From IMG/VR virus record IMGVR_UViG_2508501124_000001, positions 5,277 to 69,276 of that record: a stretch of DNA of 64,000 bases. The stretch is one strand, 5' to 3'. Below are positions 8,400-18,028 of this stretch, one piece after another. The notes under the pieces are model-generated. The model had not been told where the DNA came from, did no database searches, and saw only the letters and a list, made by a program, of their open reading frames with translations. Within the stretch, counting starts at the first letter, position 1. Each line of letters opens with the position of its first letter. The DNA comes from a virus. Taxonomy: Duplodnaviria > Caudoviricetes. The position numbers and the translations under genes are program-made.

Positions 8400-9298
8400 G
8401 GGCCTGCCGAAATGGAAATTAGCCCGGAGTTATTCCAAAGCTGGTTTGTATTGTTCGGGTCTGACGTGGGCAATCCACCGCCGCCGAGTGCAAGCAGGCC
8501 TGCTGCGGTGACAACTCCGAAGTACACGGGTGCCCCGACTCCAGACCCTCCCGGCACGACCGCGACAGTGCCGCCGTTGTACCAGACGTCACCCGCAGAC
8601 AGGCCGCCAGGATCGGTCGGATAGTTCAGTGGGGCTGTCATCCATAGCACGCCGCCATCATTGAAAAATCCAACGCTGTTGAAGGCGACGTCGTACTGGA
8701 ATGGGAAAGCAATCAGACGCGCATTCAGCAATTCCTGAAGCGCGGAGAACACTGTGTTATCGAATGATGCGATGGTGAACGTGTTTCCCGATACCGTGAT
8801 CGACGGAGGATTCTCCTGGACGGTGTAATCAGTCCCGCCTGCGCCATTTAGAAAGCGGTTAACGCGGTTCTTCAGCCATCCTATGGTGAACATCTGCCCG
8901 TCACCGCGGTACAGATTCCATGTCATCATCCGTTTATAAATGTCGTCCGATGCGATCTGAGCAGTGCCCGATGTCGAATGGGCGAGACCGTTATACGGCT
9001 CTAATTCGTTGTACGGAAACTCGTTGTACCCGGCTCGGGTGAAGCTTGTTTGCGTAGAAAGAACGGGGCGGGGAATGTTATAGATTCCCTGACCAATCCA
9101 GTCCAGCAGCGGACCCGATATATTGGGCGACGTGTAGAGCCCTAGCGGGGTGTTGTTGAACCAGTCCAGATACCCTTGCGACAGAGAGTTGTATGTCGCT
9201 ACAAATGCCTGAAGGTCCTCATCATCGCTGTACTGCGCGTATAGATAACTCGGTATGATCTGCTGGAGCGGAGCCGTGCTGAATGACTCTATTTGCAT
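8396..9298 (-). CDS. Baseplate wedge protein (DUF2612/gpI-like)
   Basis: GPLLDWIGQGIYNIPRP and SDDIYKR motifs; follows baseplate J. Confidence 0.7.
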   Translation of the reverse strand: MQIESFSTAPLQQIIPSYLYAQYSDDEDLQAFVATYNSLSQGYLDWFNNTPLGLYTSPNISGPLLDWIGQGIYNIPRPVLSTQTSFTRAGYNEFPYNELEPYNGLAHSTSGTAQIASDDIYKRMMTWNLYRGDGQMFTIGWLKNRVNRFLNGAGGTDYTVQENPPSITVSGNTFTIASFDNTVFSALQELLNARLIAFPFQYDVAFNSVGFFNDGGVLWMTAPLNYPTDPGGLSAGDVWYNGGTVAVVPGGSGVGAPVYFGVVTAAGLLALGGGGLPTSDPNNTNQLWNNSGLISISAGP

Positions 9299-9302
9299 GC
9301 CC

Positions 9303-10730
9303 TTACCCCTGTGTCACTGTTACGCCGGTAGAAGAGCAACTGAAATAACCTTCCGGGTCTGAGGGGACGATACTTGTCCCCGCAGTCGGACTGGCAACCA
9401 CGCCATTGATCGTTATCACGAACTGCAGCGTAGTCACATTCGTCGGGTCAATCACCGCCGACACGGAGTCCCGGAAAACCGAACTCATATCGAGCAGATT
9501 GATCGGTTGGCCGACATAAATCGAATTGATATACGACTGGATTGCTGGCGATGCGACTTGCGCCACCGAAGTTCCTGCCGTGAAGCTGGGTAGCGTGGTA
9601 TTCCACGTTATAGCAACGGTCACCGTCTGCTGCGGAGGATTCACGAACGTCACTGAATACGTGTCGGGATTCTGGTATAGCGAGACAGCCACATCGCGAG
9701 GGTTCGGCGTGAATTTGGCGCCGCCCGTATAGGCGCCGAATCCGGTCCCATTCGTTGTGGTTGTAATTGTGTCGCCGGCAATCGAGGAGACGGTATAGGT
9801 CAGGTTGTACGCGATCGGAGTTGCATCCGTCACCGTGAACGTCTGCCCGATTGCAAACCCACTCGGCAGGTTCGTGGTAATGACAACGGGGTTGGCCGCT
9901 GTCATGGTCGTAATGCCGAGTTGCGAGCCCTGAAGAACCGCGATATCAGGGACGCTTTGCAGAATTGCGGTCGCCACCGAATAGGCATCTCCGCCGCCGC
10001 AGACGATCTGCCAGCCGCCTGCCAATTGATTGATCGACACCAGGCGCTGTTGAACGCCGATGATTTTGCCAAGCAACGTTTTCACATACGCAGGCGTTCC
10101 CGTAGATGCAACTATGCCTGCTTGCAGCACGCGAGCGCGATAGTCCTGCGGGCTCTCGGTCGTGGTCGCTGGCGTCCCAGCTTCCGGGTTCGTCACTGTG
10201 ACGGCGTAGGCGCTCGGAACGGACGTGACAAGCTTGGTAACCGTACCGGCCGGGATGGCGAAGGTTCCGCTGGTGGTAGCAACAGCAAACAGGAGGGGAC
10301 TAATCCCCCCAGTCTCGATTACCCCCCCATCCTGCAAACTATACTGGTTAGAGCCATCGCCCACCAGAAATCCCGGCTGGAAGACATAACCGGGAGGACC
10401 GGAAAACTGCACGTAGACGCTACCGTTCGCCGCCAACCCCTGCGGAATGCCTGCCTGCGCGCCGAGTTGGGCGAGAATAAAAGCATTCGCGCCGTAAGGC
10501 GTAACACTGTTAATCGCATCGACTCTGGCCTGGTCGAGCGTGACCAGTGCGCCGACGTCCGTTGACGCGATGTCCTCAATTAAGCTGCCCGGAAGATTTG
10601 CAGAATAGTCGGGGTTTGTCGCAGCAACGCCATTGACGAGCGCCGACCGAAGCGTCGACGGCGGAGTCGTGACAGGCCCCGCACTCGTCATCACCAGAGG
10701 TATGGTCGTCGGGTTTATGGTAGATGCCAT
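9303..10730 (-). CDS. Baseplate J-like protein
   Basis: NPEAG..ESPQDYRARV and GTPAYV motifs. Confidence 0.85.
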   Translation of the reverse strand: MASTINPTTIPLVMTSAGPVTTPPSTLRSALVNGVAATNPDYSANLPGSLIEDIASTDVGALVTLDQARVDAINSVTPYGANAFILAQLGAQAGIPQGLAANGSVYVQFSGPPGYVFQPGFLVGDGSNQYSLQDGGVIETGGISPLLFAVATTSGTFAIPAGTVTKLVTSVPSAYAVTVTNPEAGTPATTTESPQDYRARVLQAGIVASTGTPAYVKTLLGKIIGVQQRLVSINQLAGGWQIVCGGGDAYSVATAILQSVPDIAVLQGSQLGITTMTAANPVVITTNLPSGFAIGQTFTVTDATPIAYNLTYTVSSIAGDTITTTTNGTGFGAYTGGAKFTPNPRDVAVSLYQNPDTYSVTFVNPPQQTVTVAITWNTTLPSFTAGTSVAQVASPAIQSYINSIYVGQPINLLDMSSVFRDSVSAVIDPTNVTTLQFVITINGVVASPTAGTSIVPSDPEGYFSCSSTGVTVTQG

Positions 10731-10743
10731 CTGGTCGGGCCAT

Positions 10744-10767
10744 AAAAAAGCCCGCGCAAGGCGGGCT
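10744..10767 (-). terminator. Intrinsic terminator
   Basis: AGCCCGC/GCGGGCT stem plus T6 on the minus strand. Confidence 0.75.
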
Positions 10768-10809
10768 GTGCTGTTGTGGTTTCGAGGTCGGGTGGAGCGC
10801 GCTACGCTT

Positions 10810-12021
10810 TTAACGAATGCGGCGGGCTCGGAGAAATCCGTCTGCCGTGACAGATCCTCCGGAGAAGGTCATCTGTGCGACCAGGTACACTGTTGTCGTA
10901 GAGGAAAGGCTCAATCTCGTCACACCAGTATTGCTAACTTCGTTCGAACCCGTCGTGAAGGTTACTGAAGTATTGGCAATTCCTCCAGCGGGCCATGTCG
11001 GAGTGGTTGCCGAGACAGTGTTGATGCCTGAGATAATATTCACAGGTGCCGCGCCCGCCCCGACGTTAAATCGGATCGAACCGAATAAATCCCAATCCCC
11101 TGCTGTCAGGGAAACCGAAGTCGCATTGAAATTCGTGGCCGTGGTGATTGACGTGCCAGAGGTTGTGTTCGAGATCATCTCCCCCACACTCCCAGCATTC
11201 GCATTATCATTCGTCGTCGTGCCGACAATACCGGCAGTGCTTGACGGCGTAATCGTGCTTGTCGCTTGGAGGGTAGTGAACTTGCCGGAAGCGGCGGTCG
11301 TTCCTCCAATCGCTCCGGGAGATGCAAATGTCGCGCCTCCTAGCGTAGCCGCATTCACCGCAGTATTGCAGGTGAATCCGGTATTTATGGTCCAGTTCAG
11401 GGCGCTCGTCGCCGTGCTGCAACTCGGCATAGCAACTGCCGTGGGGCTGGCGGTGGATGCGGTTGCATTTGCCAACACCGTATTGGCTGCTTGCGTAGCC
11501 AGGTCAGTCGTTGTAACAAGGCCAGTTGCCGTGAAAGCGCTAGTGGCAGACAGTGTCGTCGCATAAACCGGCTCAGGCGTCGAACTTCCGAAACCAGTAG
11601 TCGGAGGATTTGCGAAGGTATAGCCGTTCAGCGTTGATGCATTGACGTTCGTGATGCAAGTGAATCCGGCTCCGTTTGCATACCCGAGCGCGCTAGTCCC
11701 TGAATTACAATTTGACAGACCCATAACCGTAGGAGTCGTCGTATTGTTCGTCGGGTTCCCAAGTACGGAATTCGGCGACATCGGCGCGAGGCTTGACGGG
11801 CCAACCGATCCGCTTGGTAGGGTGAATGAACCGTTGACAGTGAGATTGCCTGTTACTGTGAGAGTAGGAACCGTCAACGGTCCCGTCAGAGATCCCCCGC
11901 TCAGCGATAGCACATTGGCAAATGCATTGTTCAGTTGCTGAGCCGTCAGTATCTGTCCGGTGACGAACTGTGCATTAGCCGCAGAACTGGCAAACAGCAG
12001 GAGTAGGGCTAGTTTTCGCAT
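10810..12021 (-). CDS. Fibre-like protein with signal peptide and two Cys-pair repeats
   Basis: MRKLALLLLFASSAANA-Q; LTAQQLNNAF, repeats shared with 5283-7307. Confidence 0.65.
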   Translation of the reverse strand: MRKLALLLLFASSAANAQFVTGQILTAQQLNNAFANVLSLSGGSLTGPLTVPTLTVTGNLTVNGSFTLPSGSVGPSSLAPMSPNSVLGNPTNNTTTPTVMGLSNCNSGTSALGYANGAGFTCITNVNASTLNGYTFANPPTTGFGSSTPEPVYATTLSATSAFTATGLVTTTDLATQAANTVLANATASTASPTAVAMPSCSTATSALNWTINTGFTCNTAVNAATLGGATFASPGAIGGTTAASGKFTTLQATSTITPSSTAGIVGTTTNDNANAGSVGEMISNTTSGTSITTATNFNATSVSLTAGDWDLFGSIRFNVGAGAAPVNIISGINTVSATTPTWPAGGIANTSVTFTTGSNEVSNTGVTRLSLSSTTTVYLVAQMTFSGGSVTADGFLRARRIR

Positions 12022-12425
12022 TATCCGAGCGTCGAGCTATCGAGAATGAAAGTGTTATTGAGCTGAGGCGCAACGACCGAGGAGTCCACGTAGGGCGTGA
12101 GCACAGCTCCGCTGTGGCAGACGGCGTTGACCTGGTAGGCTGGAGGCCACTGGACCTGTACGCGAGAGATCGTCAGTGACGAGAAATACTGCGAGAACTG
12201 TGTCTGCGTTTGCATGACGTAATAGTCGGGAAGCACCTGCGTTACGATCGTCTGATATTGAGGAATCCCGTAATTTGCATAGAAGGGTGACTCTCCGAGG
12301 TTCAGCTTTAGGCATTGCGCAAGCGTGGTCAGCCAGATGCTGTCGTCGTAGCCTGCGCTATCCGTGTTGACCTGTACCCAAGTCTTGGTCCCGTCCTCGT
12401 TCGTGATTCGGCCATATGTACGCAT
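12021..12425 (-). CDS. Baseplate wedge/gp25-like protein
   Basis: LAQCLKLNLGESPFYANYGIP motif; position after the spike gene. Confidence 0.65.
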   Translation of the reverse strand: MRTYGRITNEDGTKTWVQVNTDSAGYDDSIWLTTLAQCLKLNLGESPFYANYGIPQYQTIVTQVLPDYYVMQTQTQFSQYFSSLTISRVQVQWPPAYQVNAVCHSGAVLTPYVDSSVVAPQLNNTFILDSSTLG

Positions 12426-12450
12426 TTAGTAGACCATTTTCATTTGAGCC

Positions 12451-13095
12451 ATGCCAGATACCCGTCCGCCCAACTTCTTTTCACATGACAATCTTCTGAA
12501 GCTCTCAAGAGAATATTTGGTGCTCGTTCTGTTCCTGAGGAGCAGGTCGGACGCATTTGCATTAGCCCATGAAGTTGCCAGGCGCGCGCCATTGTTTGTG
12601 GTGCGAGATCTCGAGTCGCTGAAGATTCATGTTGCCGGGTTCGCAGCAACGTTTGACGGTGCCACCGAGGCTATGGACCTGATTCATTACGTCCGCGGAT
12701 GGCGAGGGACGCACTTCTACGCACAGGGGAGAATGGTCATCGGAGAGATGGAGCAGGCATTCCAACTTGAATCGGTGTTGAAGTGCTTCGCTGACTCATG
12801 CGCAGTCCGGGACTATCGAGCTCACTGTTTCCGGCTGATAGATGATCCATTCAATCCGCTGGCTCCTTATCGAAACTTTGATCACATCGCGCCATACTTC
12901 AGGCACTATGAGGCAGCGGCAACCGAGGGGACTTATGTCTTTCCATGCCGACATATGCTTCAGTGGTTCAGGCCACAGGACGGACATCCAGCATCCATAA
13001 CGGACCAGATTCAGGCTGAGGGCGTCGCCCGGCACTGCGACGTTTGCCCTCGGTTCGAGCCCAACGATTTTTTATTTAGAGAAGGAAAAACATGA
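12451..13095 (+). CDS. Hypothetical moron protein with Cys/His motifs
   Basis: 214-aa ORF opposite to the late operon; FPCRH and HCDVCP. Confidence 0.7.
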   Translation: MPDTRPPNFFSHDNLLKLSREYLVLVLFLRSRSDAFALAHEVARRAPLFVVRDLESLKIHVAGFAATFDGATEAMDLIHYVRGWRGTHFYAQGRMVIGEMEQAFQLESVLKCFADSCAVRDYRAHCFRLIDDPFNPLAPYRNFDHIAPYFRHYEAAATEGTYVFPCRHMLQWFRPQDGHPASITDQIQAEGVARHCDVCPRFEPNDFLFREGKT

Positions 13096-13328
13096 AACAC
13101 TGGATCTGCGTGTTACTAGCCGCATCTGTCTCATATGCCTGCAACTCTAGGACCGACGACCAGATGACGTCAGAGGACAAGCACAAACAGGAAATCTTGG
13201 CAGCAATCAAAGAGTGCGCGAACCAAGGAATCCGACAAGACTACAACCCAGGAATCTCTTATTTGAAGTGCCACGATGGATTCATGGACATGAAATTCAG
13301 CGGCAGCAACGTAAAAATTGGCGGATGA
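13092..13328 (+). CDS. Putative small lipoprotein
   Basis: MKHWICVLLAASVSYAC lipobox; ATGA overlap with upstream gene. Confidence 0.65.
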   Translation: MKHWICVLLAASVSYACNSRTDDQMTSEDKHKQEILAAIKECANQGIRQDYNPGISYLKCHDGFMDMKFSGSNVKIGG

Positions 13329-13339
13329 ACGGAGACATT

Positions 13340-13453
13340 ATGAAATTGAGTCGATCTGAAGATCTAAAAAAGACCGCCATTGCGTGCGTCTCGACGCTGG
13401 CGGTTCTATTTGCTCTCACGATGTTGTTTGCGATCGCTACTGGCGGCCTGTGA
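13340..13453 (+). CDS. 37-aa membrane peptide
   Basis: GGAG RBS; one hydrophobic helix. Confidence 0.55.
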   Translation: MKLSRSEDLKKTAIACVSTLAVLFALTMLFAIATGGL

Positions 13454-13456
13454 TTC

Positions 13457-14161
13457 CTAGTTGATCGGCGGATCGGTCTGCGTTTTTGTACCGGTTCCCG
13501 GGAAGTATCCGTGCGTATGGTTCTCGTAACTTTCGCCGTTGATGCTGAGGCCCGAGCCGTCGAGAACGATGGTGTTCGTGCCAAACGTCATGGTGATGCC
13601 GCTCGCGTTCAGCACCAGAGAAGTCGTGCCGTAAGTCAGCGCCGTTTCCGTAGCATTCACGATGGCCGTACTGTTGCCGAACGTTATCGTCGTGCCGTTG
13701 GTGTTCGTGACAATTTCCGACGTCGTTCCGGTCGTCGTCCGGATAATCGCACCGTTCGGCCCCTGCATCTGCGCTGCGTTCTGGTCGATCGGCGGAGAAC
13801 CTGAGTTGCTTACCGGAACGAAGACCAGCGCGCTTAGATTGCCGGGTTTCGTTAGCGTCGCTACGCCACCGCCAAGCCCTGATACACCACCTAGGTAGGC
13901 ATCGGCAGGCATTGTCATGCCGAAGTCGCCTACCTGCGTCGGCATGCGAATCCAGTTGCTCTCAGCCTTCGGAATCGTGATCTGCGGCAGGTTAAACGGC
14001 GCAGCATTGACCTCGAACGCAACCGTCACGATCGCACCCGATACCTTCACTACCCGACACGGCAGCGCGCGGCCTAAATTCTGGATAGCCTGTTGGGCTC
14101 GATTGATCGCGACTTGATTCGCGTTCTTCTGTACCCATAGCTTGGCATAATTATCAGCCAT
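13457..14161 (-). CDS. Baseplate central spike (gpV/gp138-like)
   Basis: N-terminal OB-like region, beta-helix repeats, C-terminal HTH (HxH) iron-binding motif. Confidence 0.8.
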   Translation of the reverse strand: MADNYAKLWVQKNANQVAINRAQQAIQNLGRALPCRVVKVSGAIVTVAFEVNAAPFNLPQITIPKAESNWIRMPTQVGDFGMTMPADAYLGGVSGLGGGVATLTKPGNLSALVFVPVSNSGSPPIDQNAAQMQGPNGAIIRTTTGTTSEIVTNTNGTTITFGNSTAIVNATETALTYGTTSLVLNASGITMTFGTNTIVLDGSGLSINGESYENHTHGYFPGTGTKTQTDPPIN

Positions 14162-14163
14162 TC

Positions 14164-15138
14164 CTATCCTTGACTAGCCGCTGGAACTGCTACGCAATTG
14201 ATAATGGTTGACCATTGCGAGGCGTCAGGCGACCTGAAGTTTCCGACCTGACGAAGTTCAGTCACGATGAAGTTGTCCTGAAACGTCGTCTTGTATTTGA
14301 TGCTGGACGAGTATGCGTTGCCGGTCGTAGTAACGAAGCCGGGCGCATTCTGCAATCCCTGAGGCATCTTTACGATCGACCCCATTTGCAGGTCGGCTCG
14401 AGCAACCATCTTTATCTGGATTGTGTTGACCGCAATCCATGTTGGCTGCCCGATGAAATCGTTAAAGTTCAGTTGGATCGGACCCGGCCGATAGGTGTTG
14501 TCATAGACAACGATCTTCCCGGCCTGTATCCCGATGTTGACCCGGTTATCGAATACGCCTTCGGTGATGTCTCCGACCATCTGAGCAAACTGATCCAGCG
14601 TCGCGCAGATGTGGGGCTCATCGTGATTCTGAGTCAGATTCGAACTGATGTTCATGACCACAGGGACGCCCGGATATGCGTTCGCGAACGTCTGCTTCAG
14701 GGCATCCGACAATTCCATGCCGGCCGACCAGTCAAGCAAGAGATTGCCCGGATTCGAGAGCGTATAGACGCCCGGGATCACAACGAAGTCCAGCGTCTGA
14801 TTCGTTCCTTCCCAGTTGCCGAACGACTGGAAGATTGTCCCCTTCAAAATCGTCCCGGCCTGATTCGGGGAAATGAGCGGCAGTCCCGGCGCCTTCATTC
14901 CCGCTTTCAACTCTAGCGTCATGCCGGCGAACTGCTGCGCCTGCGTCAGGTCTTGCAGGGATATCCCGCGGACTGTGATTGTCGCGCTGTTGCCGGGGGT
15001 TCCGTAGGGCAAGACCAGAGCGTCGTATTCGACCTGCAATGCGGCCGGATCGTAGATGCCGTTTTGATGAGTCGACCATGTACGCGTTGGCGCTGTGGCA
15101 CCTGCGGGCGTTAGCGCCAGTTCGTAAAATCGGCTCAT
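14164..15138 (-). CDS. Baseplate hub protein
   Basis: Size and position between tail-tip and spike genes. Confidence 0.7.
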   Translation of the reverse strand: MSRFYELALTPAGATAPTRTWSTHQNGIYDPAALQVEYDALVLPYGTPGNSATITVRGISLQDLTQAQQFAGMTLELKAGMKAPGLPLISPNQAGTILKGTIFQSFGNWEGTNQTLDFVVIPGVYTLSNPGNLLLDWSAGMELSDALKQTFANAYPGVPVVMNISSNLTQNHDEPHICATLDQFAQMVGDITEGVFDNRVNIGIQAGKIVVYDNTYRPGPIQLNFNDFIGQPTWIAVNTIQIKMVARADLQMGSIVKMPQGLQNAPGFVTTTGNAYSSSIKYKTTFQDNFIVTELRQVGNFRSPDASQWSTIINCVAVPAASQG

Positions 15139-15410
15139 GGGTTGACTTCCAGATTCCTCGTATCGGCTCGGTAAAGAATGGTTGAGGTGCCGAAGATTCC
15201 AGGCGCCAAGAGGATGTCATAGTCGAGCGGGGAGCCGATCAGAGCGCCAGTCCAGATGTTTGCTCCCGACTGATCCGTGATCGACGCGAAATATCGCTGC
15301 CCGGAAATATTCCATGCCGCGCTGAACGTATAGCTCGTGTTGTCCAGCGTAACCTGCGTCGAAAACGGAGGGGACGCGTTGTTGCTCGGCGTGAAGGGGA
15401 TCAGTGTCAT
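15135..15410 (-). CDS. Baseplate/tail-tip small protein
   Basis: FSTQVTLDNTSYTFSAAWN pattern; overlapping stop/start. Confidence 0.65.
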   Translation of the reverse strand: MTLIPFTPSNNASPPFSTQVTLDNTSYTFSAAWNISGQRYFASITDQSGANIWTGALIGSPLDYDILLAPGIFGTSTILYRADTRNLEVNP

Positions 15411-16141
15411 AGAGGTGTCGAAAGGTATTTATTGACAACACCCGACAGATTCGAGATGTTCGACACGGCATTCTGTGCAGCCGAACCGACTGCCACTGCA
15501 GCGTTAGACCAGATAGACGTCCCGGCCGTCGTCGGTGCCGTTACCTGCGCGCCCGAGGCCAGTTTCGACATCAATGAGGAATACGCCTGGATCGCCTGCA
15601 TCTGCGTGGTGAGCGGCTGAACAAAATCCCACTGCGCCATAATTTGAGTTTGCTTTCCTTCGCCACCGGTCGTATCCGTGATGCTTTGCAAAATACAGCC
15701 GGTGTAGATGTACCATGGTGTGGCCACTGTGTACGTCCCACCAGCCGCGTTGTGCGCAACGAGCGAGTTTTGCAGCGAAGTCCAAATCGCAAGTTTCGTG
15801 AGGTAGCCGGCCGTATCTTTGACCGGTGCGATCATCCGGAGACTAATGTTCAACGGATTCTGAATCGTTGCATTCGCGGCCGTTGCCTGATTTGCAAATG
15901 GAAACGTCGCAGCCTGCTGGCTGATAAGCGTCGAGCCAGGGATCGGAACATACCGAGCAAAAAAGTCGTCCGTCGAAATCCCGTTTGTCAATGCGCCCTG
16001 CACTGCAGACAACGCTTGACCGCCTAATGCAATGATCGGAAGCATACCGCCAAGTGTATTCGACGCAATGCCGTCAACCAGGATAATGGGAGATATCTGG
16101 AATGCCAAGTCATATGCTATCGCGGCTGCTGGTTGTGCCAT
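15407..16141 (-). CDS. Tail tube initiator-like protein
   Basis: Follows the tape measure; ANATIQNPLNISL motif. Confidence 0.6.
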   Translation of the reverse strand: MAQPAAAIAYDLAFQISPIILVDGIASNTLGGMLPIIALGGQALSAVQGALTNGISTDDFFARYVPIPGSTLISQQAATFPFANQATAANATIQNPLNISLRMIAPVKDTAGYLTKLAIWTSLQNSLVAHNAAGGTYTVATPWYIYTGCILQSITDTTGGEGKQTQIMAQWDFVQPLTTQMQAIQAYSSLMSKLASGAQVTAPTTAGTSIWSNAAVAVGSAAQNAVSNISNLSGVVNKYLSTPL

Positions 16142-16142
16142 A

Positions 16143-17735
16143 TTAGTTCGCCGCAGCGTTCATCGAGGTCGACACATTGGCTGTCGTCGAGTTGTTGATG
16201 TTGATGTTGACGTTCTGACCCTTCTGAAGAAGGAGTTGCATGAGCTTGGCGTTGTAACCCTGGGATTCTTTGGGCGCATACTTCTCCCAATCTTTTCCAT
16301 GTGTAGCAATATCCTTGTCAAGGTTACCCATACCCCAGTTGTAGGCGGCCATTGCTTTCTTGACGTCTCCACCGTATCGCTTCAACAGGAAGGTGTCGTA
16401 GCGCCTTGCCGCATCTCTGGACGCCTTCGGGTCATTGACATCGCCATGCCCCCAATCCTTCCAGGTGGCGTCCATGAACTGATACGGACCTTTCGCGCCC
16501 TTCGGTGAGAGTAAGTGTTTGCCGCCAGCGGACTCCATCTGAAGCTGCGCGTCAAGAATGCTGTCTAGATTGGGCGCGGCTAGCGTGCCGCCGCTCCCTG
16601 AAAAGAAGTCTCGGATGCCGTAACCCATTCGCGCCAGGCCACTAACCACACCCCCTTGCGATGCAGCCTGTTCCCTGGACACCGGTGGGCCTTCAAGTGC
16701 GGCCATAACCGCCTTTGCCTCAGGGCCAGCGACTTTCAGCAGATTGACAGCCGCCGCTGCCGCTGCTTTGCCCATCGTCTCCAGTTCAGGAGACATTTTC
16801 GCGAGCTGACCGTTGAACTCATTCATCACCTGAGCCCAATCGGACTTGAGGGCGGCTTTGACGTCTGATGCTTGGTCGGCGGTGCCTTGATCGATCTCGT
16901 TGCGTTTTGCGTCGGCCATTTCCTTCTGCTGAGCTTTCACCCAGTCAGAATCGCCATAGCTCGCGCCAGTACGCAACTGCTGAAGCGAGAGCATGTCCGT
17001 GAAGCCGTAGGCTTGCGCCATCGAAGCGGCCGGCTTGCCGGATTTTTGCCACTCGCGGTACTTGCCGCTTGCGGCCCGCGCGAAGTCATACGTCAGTTGC
17101 TCGGCGTCTTCGTTCTGGACCTGTTGAGGTGTCAGGCCCGCCGCGATGAAGGCTCGCCACTTCGATACATCTCCCTGGGCATTGGCAACATTACCGAGGT
17201 CCGATGCGCCGAGTCCGAACTTCTCGAAGTTGGCACCGAACGCTTGCGTCTGACCGATTCTCAAGCCAAGTCCTCGGGCTTGCAGGTTCTGGCCGGCAAG
17301 CATGCTCGTAGCGCCATAAATTGCGCCGATTGCAGAGCCAATACCGCTTGCGCCAACCGTGCCCAGCTTGAGCAGGACCGAGCTCATGCCAGAGATAGAT
17401 TTGTGCATTGCCGCCGACGCTTTCTGCATCCGCGTCATCTGGATAGCACCGTCTTTCGCCCGGGTGTTGAACTTGTCCTGCACACCGGTGGCGCGGTTCA
17501 TCGCCTTAGAGATTGCGTCAGCCTGAACGGCTGCGATCATCAGGAATTCTTTGGACGACTTGGACGACTTGGAGAAGTCCCCCATGCCAGATCCGGCATC
17601 GTCGATCGCGCCAGTTACCTTCGCCCAGTCCTCTGGCATGCTCTCGAGCTTTTTCTGGTAGTCCTGAAAGAGAGCGTGGAAATCGCGAAAAGGTCCGTCA
17701 TTAATTTCGACATCAATTATTGCTTTTTGTGTCAT
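16143..17735 (-). CDS. Tape measure protein with C-terminal lytic transglycosylase (SLT) domain
   Basis: Helical Ala-rich body; QMESAG, GAKGPYQFM, AAYNWG motifs. Confidence 0.88.
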   Translation of the reverse strand: MTQKAIIDVEINDGPFRDFHALFQDYQKKLESMPEDWAKVTGAIDDAGSGMGDFSKSSKSSKEFLMIAAVQADAISKAMNRATGVQDKFNTRAKDGAIQMTRMQKASAAMHKSISGMSSVLLKLGTVGASGIGSAIGAIYGATSMLAGQNLQARGLGLRIGQTQAFGANFEKFGLGASDLGNVANAQGDVSKWRAFIAAGLTPQQVQNEDAEQLTYDFARAASGKYREWQKSGKPAASMAQAYGFTDMLSLQQLRTGASYGDSDWVKAQQKEMADAKRNEIDQGTADQASDVKAALKSDWAQVMNEFNGQLAKMSPELETMGKAAAAAAVNLLKVAGPEAKAVMAALEGPPVSREQAASQGGVVSGLARMGYGIRDFFSGSGGTLAAPNLDSILDAQLQMESAGGKHLLSPKGAKGPYQFMDATWKDWGHGDVNDPKASRDAARRYDTFLLKRYGGDVKKAMAAYNWGMGNLDKDIATHGKDWEKYAPKESQGYNAKLMQLLLQKGQNVNININNSTTANVSTSMNAAAN

Positions 17736-18028
17736 GACGGTCTCTTTAGGGCTTCCAACAGGTATCGATTTCTGAACTGCTGCGCCGTGTGATACGGGCT
17801 GTCGTACCGCTCGAACACTTCGCCAAAGCCCTCAGTGGCGACGTAGTTCAGGATGGAATCGACGATGGTGTCTTTGTCGTAGGCGCGTCCTGCGTCAATG
17901 TCGGCAAAGAGGCGAGGAATTCCGTAGGTGTGGATGACGTGATCGACGCACCCAGAAAGGATGCCGTGCCATTCGCTGCCGTCGCGCGATCGGCCTTTTT
18001 CGCCATCGCATAGTGACAGGTAAAAAAA
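17732..18028 (-). CDS. Probable -1 frameshift extension of the tail assembly chaperone (GT-like)
   Basis: ORF in the -1 frame overlapping the chaperone; stop overlaps the tape measure ATG; T7 run at 18022-18028. Confidence 0.5.
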   Translation of the reverse strand, partial: FFYLSLCDGEKGRSRDGSEWHGILSGCVDHVIHTYGIPRLFADIDAGRAYDKDTIVDSILNYVATEGFGEVFERYDSPYHTAQQFRNRYLLEALKRPS

